Positions 1 through 8,657 of a stretch of 64,000 nucleotides of DNA are shown here, in pieces. This DNA comes from Pseudomonadota bacterium. Its GTDB lineage: Bacteria > Desulfobacterota > Desulfobacteria > Desulfobacterales > RPRI01. The stretch is taken from contig JBDRRF010000031.1 of assembly GCA_043825875.1 (NCBI GenBank), positions 70,087 to 134,086 on the forward strand. The letters run 5' to 3'. Position numbers and translations under genes: made by a program. Position 1 is the stretch's first letter. The number at the start of each line of letters is the position of its first letter. The notes beneath the pieces are model-generated. The model saw nothing but the letters and a program-made list of their open reading frames with translations, did not search any database and was not told where the DNA came from.

Positions 1-2
1 CT

Positions 3-449
3 CTTCATACCAATGATGCTGTAGCAGCACTTGCACGGCTTGCCGATATGGGAATGGAGCCTTTCCTTGTTTCTTCTTCCCTTGTTGCTGTTGTTGCCCA
101 GCGGCTTGTCAGAACTATTTGCCCTCATTGCAAAGAAGTTTATCAGCCGCCATCTTCGGAAACGGCGTATTTCCCTTTACCTGTTAAACAATTATACAAA
201 GGTAAAGGATGCAGTGAATGCAGACAAAGCGGCTATCTTGGAAGAACGGGGATTTATGAAATTCTTTCCATAGATAATAAACTTAGACAAATGATTGCGG
301 CGCGTGTTGATGCGCAGACTATCAAAGATTATGCTGTTTCCAAAGGAATGAGAACCCTTTATTCGGAAGGCGTTGATAAGGTTATGAAAGGCATTACTAC
401 ATTGCAGGAAATCTTGAGAGCTACGCAGAAAGACTATGCCGATATTTAA
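3..449 (+). CDS. gspE: Type II secretion ATPase GspE, C-terminal part (5'-truncated by window)
   Basis: Frame from nt 3 reads LHTNDAVAALARLADMG...AQRLVRTICPHC...GCSECRQSGYLGRTGIYE: GspE/PilB motifs with the Cys4 zinc module; directly upstream of gspF. Confidence 0.92.
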   Translation, partial: LHTNDAVAALARLADMGMEPFLVSSSLVAVVAQRLVRTICPHCKEVYQPPSSETAYFPLPVKQLYKGKGCSECRQSGYLGRTGIYEILSIDNKLRQMIAARVDAQTIKDYAVSKGMRTLYSEGVDKVMKGITTLQEILRATQKDYADI

Positions 450-1611
450 ATATAAAGGGTATAATTCCAAGGGATCGGAAATAACAGGTACTATAGAAGC
501 ACAGGGGCGTTTTGATGCCATTTCTGCTTTAAAGGCAAAACTGATCTTTCCAACAGATGTCCTGGAGGTAACCAAAAAGCCGATAAGAAGTATATTTCAG
601 AAAAAAGATGATACTTTTCTTCCGGATTTTACAAGAAATCTTTCGATGCTTCTTGCTTCCGGAGTTCAGTTGATGGATGCTCTGCAATCACTTTCTGATG
701 AATATACCGGATATTACGGGGATTTGCTGGTTCAAATAAAAGAAAGAGTATCTGCCGGCATGAGTCTGCATAAAGCACTGGAGGTTTATGGGGATTTTTT
801 TCCGGAGTATTATATTAATATGGTTCAGGCCGGCGAGACAAGTGGCTCTTTAGATATGGTTCTTGTAAAGATTGCCGATTTTCTTGAAACGCAGGCTTTC
901 ATTAAAGCAAAAGTTAGATCGGCAACTGCATACCCTCTTTTAATGGCCGGTGTAAGCTTATTGATTCTCTTCTTTCTGTTTTCTTTTGTAATGCCGAAGA
1001 TTGTAAGAATATTTTCAGAAACAGGCGGTTCTCTGCCTTTTCTTACAGCAGCAATTATTGCGGTGAGCAATATTTTTTCCAAATACTGGTGGGCAATCAT
1101 TGCGATATTTTTTTCGACAGCCTGGTTGTTAAGAAAGTTATTTAAAAAATACAGAACACAAATTGATGGCATTATTTTAAAACTGCCCGGTAATATTATT
1201 CAGAGCCTGTATTATGCTAGATTTGCAAGGACAATGGGTGCTCTTCTTGAAGGGGGTATTCCATTACTTAAAGCGCTCAAACTTTCTGCAAAATCTATTG
1301 GCAACAGAAAACTGGAGCTTAATGTTCTCGATTCCGTAGAAAAGGTAGCAGGCGGACAGCAGATGTCTTCTTCTCTCTCCGGATTTCCGCCGCTTTTATT
1401 AAGACTTATATCTACCGGTGAAAAAAGTGGCAATCTTGCTCAGACAATAAACAGAGCGGCTTTGTCTTATGAACAGCAATTTGCCAGAAAAATTGAAAAG
1501 GCATTATCTCTTTTTGAACCTGCAATGGTACTTTCAATGGGGGTTGTGGTTTGTATTATTGTTCTTGCTGTTTTACTTCCAATCTTTCAGATGAATCAAT
1601 TGGTAAAATAA
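436..1611 (+). CDS. gspF: Type II secretion inner-membrane platform protein GspF
   Basis: MPIFKYKG start, MVQAGETSGSL and TGEKSGNL repeats, EPAM...AVLLPIFQMN end. Confidence 0.92.
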   Translation: MPIFKYKGYNSKGSEITGTIEAQGRFDAISALKAKLIFPTDVLEVTKKPIRSIFQKKDDTFLPDFTRNLSMLLASGVQLMDALQSLSDEYTGYYGDLLVQIKERVSAGMSLHKALEVYGDFFPEYYINMVQAGETSGSLDMVLVKIADFLETQAFIKAKVRSATAYPLLMAGVSLLILFFLFSFVMPKIVRIFSETGGSLPFLTAAIIAVSNIFSKYWWAIIAIFFSTAWLLRKLFKKYRTQIDGIILKLPGNIIQSLYYARFARTMGALLEGGIPLLKALKLSAKSIGNRKLELNVLDSVEKVAGGQQMSSSLSGFPPLLLRLISTGEKSGNLAQTINRAALSYEQQFARKIEKALSLFEPAMVLSMGVVVCIIVLAVLLPIFQMNQLVK

Positions 1612-1612
1612 T

Positions 1613-1754
1613 GAGCCAGTTTCAAAACGTCCCATTTTGGCCGATCTCTGCGTTGGTTGAAAATTTTAATCCTCGAAATACTCCATGTATTCCTGCGGTT
1701 AAAATTTTCACCCGCCTTGATCTTGACCAAACTGAAACGTTTTGAAAGTGGCTC
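1613..1754 (+). mobile_element. 142-bp MITE-like repeat, copy 1
   Basis: Terminal inverted repeats GAGCCAGTTTCAAAACG...CGTTTTGAAAGTGGCTC; TAAT on both sides (1609-1612, 1755-1758); 4 similar copies in window. Confidence 0.88.
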
Positions 1755-1791
1755 TAATGCTTAGGATTTTACGTAATTATTGGGGTGAGAA

Positions 1792-2232
1792 ATGCAAAAA
1801 AAATATATTTCGATAAAAGGCTTTACTTTAATTGAACTTGTTGTTGTGGTTTTTATTCTAAGTCTTTTAGCAGCGATAGTAGCTCCAAAGATTATCGGAA
1901 GAACTGATGATGCACGCATTACAGAAGCAAAAGTACAAATTAAAAATTTTGAGACTGCCTTAAAACTTTTTAAAATTGATAATGGCTTTTATCCGGATAC
2001 TCAACAGGGACTTGATGCTCTTTCTATAAAGCCTGAGACAGGTCGAATACCCAATAACTACAGAACGGGCGGATACCTGGAACAGAAAAAGATACCGCTT
2101 GATCCGTGGGGGAATTCATACATGTACATATCTCCAGGCATAAACGGAGATTTTGATATCATGAGTTTCGGAGATGATGGCAAAGAGGGCGGAGAAGGCA
2201 AGGATGCGGATATTAAAAATTGGGAAATGTAA
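1792..2232 (+). CDS. gspG: Major pseudopilin GspG
   Basis: KGFTLIELVVV prepilin motif; DNGFYP, PLDPWGNSY, SFGDDGKEGGEG motifs. Confidence 0.95.
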   Translation: MQKKYISIKGFTLIELVVVVFILSLLAAIVAPKIIGRTDDARITEAKVQIKNFETALKLFKIDNGFYPDTQQGLDALSIKPETGRIPNNYRTGGYLEQKKIPLDPWGNSYMYISPGINGDFDIMSFGDDGKEGGEGKDADIKNWEM

Positions 2233-2674
2233 GGATAGAGGTTTTACTCTTATAGAATTGATCGTTGTAGTTTTTATCATTTCTGTAATGCTCATGGTAT
2301 CTTTCCCATATATTGGCTTCCGTGAAAGCGGCAAGTTAAAATCCGAAGCAGCGGTTTTAGCATCGGTTCTGCGTTATCTTAATGATAGTGCAGTGACTAT
2401 GAAAGAAACATATGCGGTTAAATTTGATCTGGGCCAAAAAACAATCAGATATAAAGGCCCTGAAGGTGTAAAAACAGAGAAAATTGATGATCTTTCAAGT
2501 GTTTTGTTGCAAACCAGAGGTATAATATCCGATGGAGAAGTAATTGTATTTTATACTCCATTGGGTGCTTCAGAAAGTTTTATGATTAATTTAAAACGTG
2601 ATGATTATACTATTTCCGTTAGTTCAAATTCTCTGAGTGGCAGAATAAGTATAATAACACAGCATAAGGTTTGA
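2204..2674 (+). CDS. gspH: Minor pseudopilin, GspH-like
   Basis: RGFTLIELIVV prepilin motif; position after gspG; start uncertain. Confidence 0.75.
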   Translation: MRILKIGKCKDRGFTLIELIVVVFIISVMLMVSFPYIGFRESGKLKSEAAVLASVLRYLNDSAVTMKETYAVKFDLGQKTIRYKGPEGVKTEKIDDLSSVLLQTRGIISDGEVIVFYTPLGASESFMINLKRDDYTISVSSNSLSGRISIITQHKV

Positions 2675-3012
2675 TGATGCACAAAGGGTTCACTTTCCTT
2701 GAAATCATGATAAGCCTCGCAATTATAGGAGGACTTCTTTTTACCCTGATTTCTTCCCTTAATTACCATCTCGGTGTAGCTGAGAAGCAGATAGTCTTAA
2801 CTACTATCGATAGGTTGGCACATGATAAGATCTATGAAATGGAGAAGAATCCTTCCGAAGATCGCGGAAATTTTCCAAAACCTTTTTCCGACATTCAATA
2901 TGAAACCAGGGTGTCGGATTCAACATTTCCGGGTATGCTGGAAATCGGAGTAACTGTAATAAGTGGGAAAGAAAAACTTATACTATCTGAAATAATAACC
3001 GGGAAAAGATAG
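2671..3012 (+). CDS. gspI: Minor pseudopilin, GspI-like
   Basis: KGFTFLEIMIS prepilin motif; size and order. Confidence 0.75.
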   Translation: MMMHKGFTFLEIMISLAIIGGLLFTLISSLNYHLGVAEKQIVLTTIDRLAHDKIYEMEKNPSEDRGNFPKPFSDIQYETRVSDSTFPGMLEIGVTVISGKEKLILSEIITGKR

Positions 3013-3031
3013 TTGCAGAGAAAGGGGCAAG

Positions 3032-3670
3032 GTGAAAGAATCAAGGACTAAAGGTTTCACATTATTAGAAATCCTGATATCGATAGCCATATTGTCTGTG
3101 GTACTTACAGCTCTTTATAATACCTTTTTTCTTTCTCACAAAGCGCTTGCAGCCGTTGATGGAACCCTGCTTAAACTTCAGGAATCCCGTGCTTTCGTTG
3201 ATATATTAAAAAGAGAGATAGAATCCGTAATTTATTCTCGTGATAACAGCTACACTGTGTTCAGGATGGATGACAGAGATTATTATGGTCGTCAGGCCTC
3301 CCAGCTTACCATGAGCTCATTGTCTCCTTTAACAAACGGTATGGCTAAAATAAACTATACCACGGAAGAAAGAGATGGCAGATTGATTATAACAAAAGAA
3401 ATAAAATCAGCATTTTTACAACCGGATTTATCTCAAAAAACACAAAGCCATAAAATTGATATGATAGAAGATGTTCAATCTTTTACCGTAGAGTGCAAAT
3501 ATGGGAACCGCTGGGTAAAAACATGGGACAGCGCATTGACAAAAAATGTTCCGAACGAGATAAAAATTTCAGTTACGTTTTATATTTCAAATAAAGAAAC
3601 ACGGGATAATACCGGCAGACTATTTGTGATTTCCGATATAGCAAAACCCAGAATAGGGAAGAACTTATAA
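3032..3670 (+). CDS. gspJ: Minor pseudopilin, GspJ-like
   Basis: KGFTLLEILIS motif; W.KTWDS...P.EIKI C-terminus. Confidence 0.8.
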   Translation: MKESRTKGFTLLEILISIAILSVVLTALYNTFFLSHKALAAVDGTLLKLQESRAFVDILKREIESVIYSRDNSYTVFRMDDRDYYGRQASQLTMSSLSPLTNGMAKINYTTEERDGRLIITKEIKSAFLQPDLSQKTQSHKIDMIEDVQSFTVECKYGNRWVKTWDSALTKNVPNEIKISVTFYISNKETRDNTGRLFVISDIAKPRIGKNL

Positions 3671-4582
3671 ATGGCTTCCAATAAGGGTATGGCTCTTATA
3701 CTGACGCTGATGATCCTTGCGATAATGACAACAATGGTTGTTGAGTTTGTGCATGAAGTATATTCAACCAATGCAATTTTAAATAACTGGAGAATCAGCC
3801 GCCAACTTTCGTTAACTGCAAAATCAGGAATTACTATTGTTAAAAAAATAATTTCCGATAATCAGTCACGTTATGCATATACATATCCGGGTAAATATGA
3901 AGTTCCTTTGGGAAACATATTTGGTGAAAATGCTGATGGGTCCGGCGGCAAGGTTTTTGTGAATGTTGAGGATGAGAACGCAAAATTTAATGTAAACAGT
4001 ATTGTCTGGCCTAATGGAACTACTAATGAATCTTCAATAGATTCATTTAAAAGGCTTTTAAAAAATATTAAGCTTGATGAGCAAGTTGCATACAGGGTTG
4101 CTGACTGGATAGATCCTGACAGCGAATCAAGGATGGGAAGATCCGAGCAGGGTGCTAAAAACGCTTATCTGGACAGCATTGATGAGCTAAAACTTATAAA
4201 TGGAATGGATTCTAAAACGTACGAAGTATTAAAGCCTTTTATTACGGTATATGGTGCTGAAGGTGTTACATCTAATATTATAAATATCAATAGTGCACCA
4301 TTGCCGGTAATTATGGCCCTGAATGCCGAAATCACTAAAGATCTTGCAGAAAGAATTATAAAGTACAGAGGTCTTGAGCCTCTCGAAACTCCAAGTGATC
4401 TGGTTAAAATAGCAGGCTTTGAAGGTTCTTTGGGGCAGTCACTTATCGGTATGCTTATAGTAAAAGCCGTAAATTTTAAAATAACATCATTTGCAGAGGA
4501 TAATAAGATAAAGAGAATTATAGAATGTGTTGTGGAAAATAAAGGCGATAAATTTTTAACCAAATACTGGTGTGAAAGGTGA
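3671..4582 (+). CDS. gspK: Minor pseudopilin GspK
   Basis: KGMALILTL N-terminus, DENAKFNVN, DWIDPD, ININSAP motifs. Confidence 0.88.
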   Translation: MASNKGMALILTLMILAIMTTMVVEFVHEVYSTNAILNNWRISRQLSLTAKSGITIVKKIISDNQSRYAYTYPGKYEVPLGNIFGENADGSGGKVFVNVEDENAKFNVNSIVWPNGTTNESSIDSFKRLLKNIKLDEQVAYRVADWIDPDSESRMGRSEQGAKNAYLDSIDELKLINGMDSKTYEVLKPFITVYGAEGVTSNIININSAPLPVIMALNAEITKDLAERIIKYRGLEPLETPSDLVKIAGFEGSLGQSLIGMLIVKAVNFKITSFAEDNKIKRIIECVVENKGDKFLTKYWCER

Positions 4583-4615
4583 AAATAGCCAAATCGTGAA
4601 TAACGTTATAATCAT

Positions 4616-4757
4616 GAGCCAGTTTCAAAACGCCCCATTTTGGCCGATCTCTGCGTTGGGCTCAAATTTCAATCCTCGAAATACTCGATGTATTCCTGTG
4701 GTTGAAATTTTCGCCCGCCTTGAGCTTGACCAAACTGAAACGTTTTGAAAGTGGCTC
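4616..4757 (+). mobile_element. 142-bp MITE-like repeat, copy 2
   Basis: Same terminal inverted repeats; TCAT on both sides (4612-4615, 4758-4761). Confidence 0.88.
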
Positions 4758-4776
4758 TCATGCAAATTGGAGCATT

Positions 4777-5889
4777 ATGAAAAAAATCGGTTTTATTGAT
4801 ATTCATCCGGGCGGTTCTATTTCTACTTTTTGCATAAAACAGGATGAAAGTGAGAAATGGCAGGATAATACTCTTGTTTATATTTTCAAAGAGCATTCCG
4901 GAAAAATTGAGCTTGACAAAACACTTGAATATTCATCCGATGAGAATTTAGAGGATATCAATGATTTTTATTTGAGTATCCCCATGGAGTTATTAAATTT
5001 CAGGATAATTAATCTTCCATATTCAGATAAGGAAAAATTGGGTAAAGCAATCCCTTTAGAACTTGGAAGCCTTATTGAAGGTGGTGATCCTGAAGATATT
5101 GTTTTTGAAACAGTTGTTCTTAAAAACACCGATTCCGGATTTGATATACTGATAGTTTATGCCGACAAAAGCTGCATTAATGCTGTAATTGAAAAGCTTG
5201 CTCTGAAAAATATTGATCCACGTATTATAACATCAATAGATCTTGCTAATATCATTCAAATGGGTGAAGGCACACTTTCTTTTGTTGAACGCCTCGCAAG
5301 TAAGGAAAATAAGGAAGAAATTGACAGAACAGGTTCAGCAGCAAATGAACTTTTTCACCCGACCATAAATTTAAGATCCGGTCCTTTAGCCTATACAAAA
5401 GATATTGCCAGAAGAAAACGTATACTGAAAAAAACAGTGATTTTAAGTTTTTTACTGGCATTTATTATAAATGCCAACATTGTTATCAATCTGACAATAA
5501 CAAATAAAGATATTTCTTCACAGAAGAAAAGTTTAAGGAAAATGTATGCAGCTTTGTTTCCGGAAGAAAAGAAAATAGTTAATGAAGTATATCAGTTAAA
5601 ATCTCATATCAAAGAGTTGAAAAAAAAGAGTGATGCCTTAACAGGAGTAAATCCAATCGATTTTCTTCTAAAACTTTCTCACGAACAAATAGGAGGAGTT
5701 GTATATAACGAGATCTGGTTCGAAAAAGGATTTATTAAAATGAAGGCCGAAGCAGTTTCAATGGAAGTTGTTGACAAGGCCAGGGGGAAGTACTCAAAAT
5801 ACTTATCAGATGTTTTGATCACAGATATTAAACCGGCAACCGACGGAAAGGTTTTTTTTACTGTTGTTGCTAAAGAAAGGCCTGAATAA
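4777..5889 (+). CDS. gspL: GspL-like T2SS assembly protein
   Basis: Position between gspK and gspM; LP...KL.KAIPLEL and INLRSG motifs, single TM; ATG 4777 follows GGAG (the ORF-track extension to 4702 lies inside the repeat). Confidence 0.7.
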   Translation: MKKIGFIDIHPGGSISTFCIKQDESEKWQDNTLVYIFKEHSGKIELDKTLEYSSDENLEDINDFYLSIPMELLNFRIINLPYSDKEKLGKAIPLELGSLIEGGDPEDIVFETVVLKNTDSGFDILIVYADKSCINAVIEKLALKNIDPRIITSIDLANIIQMGEGTLSFVERLASKENKEEIDRTGSAANELFHPTINLRSGPLAYTKDIARRKRILKKTVILSFLLAFIINANIVINLTITNKDISSQKKSLRKMYAALFPEEKKIVNEVYQLKSHIKELKKKSDALTGVNPIDFLLKLSHEQIGGVVYNEIWFEKGFIKMKAEAVSMEVVDKARGKYSKYLSDVLITDIKPATDGKVFFTVVAKERPE

Positions 5890-5891
5890 AA

Positions 5892-6440
5892 ATGGACCTA
5901 AGGCAAATTCCCGAAAAATTATCGCAAAATATCAGTAGAACATATTCGCGTAATGATATTATTATACTATTTCTTCTTCTATGTTTATTTCTTCTTATTA
6001 TTCCTATGCACATGCTTAATAAAAAAGCAGAAAAAGAACTATCAGCTCTAAAAATAAGGCAAAATGATTTTTATACCTTAAGCAATGAATACAAGAAGCT
6101 GAATGTACACGTTAGCGCTATTGAAAGCAAAAGATCTTTGTCAAAGGCCGACAGTATTATTTATGCTTTAGATGAAGTATTTTTGCCGCTTGGTATTAAA
6201 GGGAAAATAAAATCTATAAAAGGTTTTGAGGATAGAGAAATAGAAGGCATGATGAATGAAAAAAGCGCTGAGGTTATGATAGAACAGATCAGTCTCAATG
6301 AACTGGTAAATATTTTTTATAAAATTGAAAATGTACCTATGCTTCTTAAGATAAATAACGCATCTATAAAAAAATCATTTGCATTCCCTGAACTTTTAGA
6401 TATTTCTATGAGTATATCTTTATTTACCGAAAAAGTTTAA
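5892..6440 (+). CDS. gspM: GspM-like T2SS protein
   Basis: N-terminal TM, coiled coil, small C-terminal domain; gene order. Confidence 0.6.
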   Translation: MDLRQIPEKLSQNISRTYSRNDIIILFLLLCLFLLIIPMHMLNKKAEKELSALKIRQNDFYTLSNEYKKLNVHVSAIESKRSLSKADSIIYALDEVFLPLGIKGKIKSIKGFEDREIEGMMNEKSAEVMIEQISLNELVNIFYKIENVPMLLKINNASIKKSFAFPELLDISMSISLFTEKV

Positions 6441-6477
6441 TTAGCCCATATAAAACGGATAACAAGTTTAACTAAAA

Positions 6478-7236
6478 ATGAAAAAAGCAGCCCTTTTTAT
6501 CGCAGTTGCATTCTTTGTCTTTTGGGGGCTATGGATAATAGCAATCCCAAAAAAAATTGTGTCGGATTATATCTCAAACTCTCTGAAAAAATATAGCATT
6601 ATTATAGATTTGGATGGTTTTGAAAAAGGACTTTTTTATAGCATAAAAAAACAAAATGTTCAGGTAAGCAGTACTGATGGTACTTTGATTTTAGTAATAA
6701 ATAATCTAAAAGCCGGAATAAATTTTGCTTCTTTTTTAAAATTATCTCCGACTATAGATTTTCATTGCAATATCAATCAAGGAGATGTTGATGGAAATGT
6801 CGGTTTTAAAAAAGGTACCGGCCTTGTTGCACGAATTAAGGGAAGTGGTATTGATATTAAAGACTTGCCTGTAGTTGAAAGTTTATATGGAATCAGCGGT
6901 ACAGGAGATATTAATTTTGATTTTTTGAAAATAAAAGATAAAAGTAATATTAAGTTTTCTATAAATAATGCAGATATAAAAAGTATCGGACTTATTCCGT
7001 TTGATTTGTTTAAAAAAATGCGTGGAGAAATGTTTGAGGAGAATGGATTAATTACCGTAAAATCTTTGGCAATGGAGGGAAATGGAATATACGCCAGGGC
7101 CAAAGGTTATATAAAAGGAAATAATAGAGATTTGAAAATGGAGATAATGGTGAATTCTTCTTCTGATATGAAACCGTCATATCTTGGAGCTCTTGAAAAA
7201 TACAGGGTTTCACCCGGTTATTATGTAATCAGATGA
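6478..7236 (+). CDS. gspN: GspN-like T2SS protein
   Basis: N-terminal TM and beta-rich body; last gene of gsp operon. Confidence 0.6.
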   Translation: MKKAALFIAVAFFVFWGLWIIAIPKKIVSDYISNSLKKYSIIIDLDGFEKGLFYSIKKQNVQVSSTDGTLILVINNLKAGINFASFLKLSPTIDFHCNINQGDVDGNVGFKKGTGLVARIKGSGIDIKDLPVVESLYGISGTGDINFDFLKIKDKSNIKFSINNADIKSIGLIPFDLFKKMRGEMFEENGLITVKSLAMEGNGIYARAKGYIKGNNRDLKMEIMVNSSSDMKPSYLGALEKYRVSPGYYVIR

Positions 7237-7242
7237 AAGGTG

Positions 7243-8601
7243 CTATTCTTTCGGGATTTCAAACTTTTCCATAAGATCATATAAAGTCGGGCGGCTTATG
7301 CCAAGCTCACAAGCAGCTTTTGTCAGATTGCTGTTGTTTTTGAAAAGTGCTTTTAAAATAAGTTCTTTTTCTAAAGCTTCGCGTGCTTCTTTGAGCCCCA
7401 TACCTTCAAATTTAGCAGGTGCAGAAGATTTCATCTCAAGATCTTCAGGGCTTATTTTACCGCCTTCAGCCATTATAACGGCACGTTTTATACGGTTTTC
7501 AAGTTCTCTGATATTTCCCGGCCATTCATATTGCTCAATAGCATTGATTGCATCAGATGTGTAGCCTTTTATTTTTTTTCTGTTTTCATCTGTATATCGC
7601 TCAAGAAAAGCTTTAGCCAAAAGCAATACATCTCCTTTTCTTTCTCTTAAAGGAGGAAGTGCTATGGAAATTACTCCCAGACGATAATATAGATCATTTC
7701 TGAAACTTCCATCTTTCATTGCCTCTTCCAGATCGCGGTTTGTAGCAGAAAGAACACGGGTATCAACTTCAATTTCTTCCCTTCCTCCTACTCGTTCGAT
7801 AACTTTTTCCTGAAGGAATCGCAGAAGTTTAACTTGAAGAGAGAGCGGGAGTTCGCCTATTTCATCTAAGAACAGGGTACCCCCTTCAGCCATTTCAATA
7901 CGGCCTTTACGTTGCGTATGAGCACCTGTGAAAGATCCCTTTTCATGTCCGAAAAGCTCACTTTCAAGAAGATTTTCAGGTATGGCGCCGCAGTTAATAG
8001 CAATAAAAGAATTGGATTTGCGGTTACTAAGACTGTGAATAGCACGGGCGACCAGTTCCTTGCCCGTACCACTTTCTCCTGTTATAAGAACAGGTGCATC
8101 TGTTGTTGACACCTTTTTTATAGTTGAAAACACTTCCTGTATTTTGGGGCAGGTGCCAAGCATGCCTTCAAAGGAGTTGCCGCTCAACCGGCTCTGTAGT
8201 ATACGCTGTTCCTGCTCAAGATAAGATACATAAAAAGCGCGTTTTAAAACAACCTTAAGTTCATCTATTTGTATCGGTTTGTAGAAAAAATCATATGCAC
8301 CTTGTGCTACAGCGCGCAGGGCGTTTTCTTTTTCTCCGCGTCCGGTAATGATAATTACCTTGAGCTGTCTGTTTTCGGTAAGGATTTCAGACAAGGTCAG
8401 AAAGCCTTCTTCCACACCTGCCGGATGTGGAGGCAACCCAAGATCAAGTGTAATAACAGCTGGGGTTTCCTTTTTAAATAAAGCAAGAGCGCTCTTTCGA
8501 TCTTCGGCCAGAAAAACTCTGTAGTCATTGGATAGAGCCCACTTCATCTGCGTTCTCAAATCTTCATCATCATCTACTATCAGTAATTTTGGTTTTTTCA
8601 T
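7243..8601 (-). CDS. prsR: Sigma-54 response regulator, PEP-CTERM-box type PrsR
   Basis: Receiver with TLDLGLPP, GESGTGKE, GSFTGA, WPGNIRELEN, HTH LGISRPTLYDL; downstream of PrsK-like kinase. Confidence 0.88.
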   Translation of the reverse strand: MKKPKLLIVDDDEDLRTQMKWALSNDYRVFLAEDRKSALALFKKETPAVITLDLGLPPHPAGVEEGFLTLSEILTENRQLKVIIITGRGEKENALRAVAQGAYDFFYKPIQIDELKVVLKRAFYVSYLEQEQRILQSRLSGNSFEGMLGTCPKIQEVFSTIKKVSTTDAPVLITGESGTGKELVARAIHSLSNRKSNSFIAINCGAIPENLLESELFGHEKGSFTGAHTQRKGRIEMAEGGTLFLDEIGELPLSLQVKLLRFLQEKVIERVGGREEIEVDTRVLSATNRDLEEAMKDGSFRNDLYYRLGVISIALPPLRERKGDVLLLAKAFLERYTDENRKKIKGYTSDAINAIEQYEWPGNIRELENRIKRAVIMAEGGKISPEDLEMKSSAPAKFEGMGLKEAREALEKELILKALFKNNSNLTKAACELGISRPTLYDLMEKFEIPKE

Positions 8602-8657
8602 CCCTTGTCCTTAAATATTGTGACTATATATCCTGACAATATATGAACCGTTTTTCT

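Noticed and set aside
1551..1745. Small ORFs 1551-1745 and 4669-4896, and the 4702 extension of gspL
   Set aside because: They are largely translations of the 142-bp repeat
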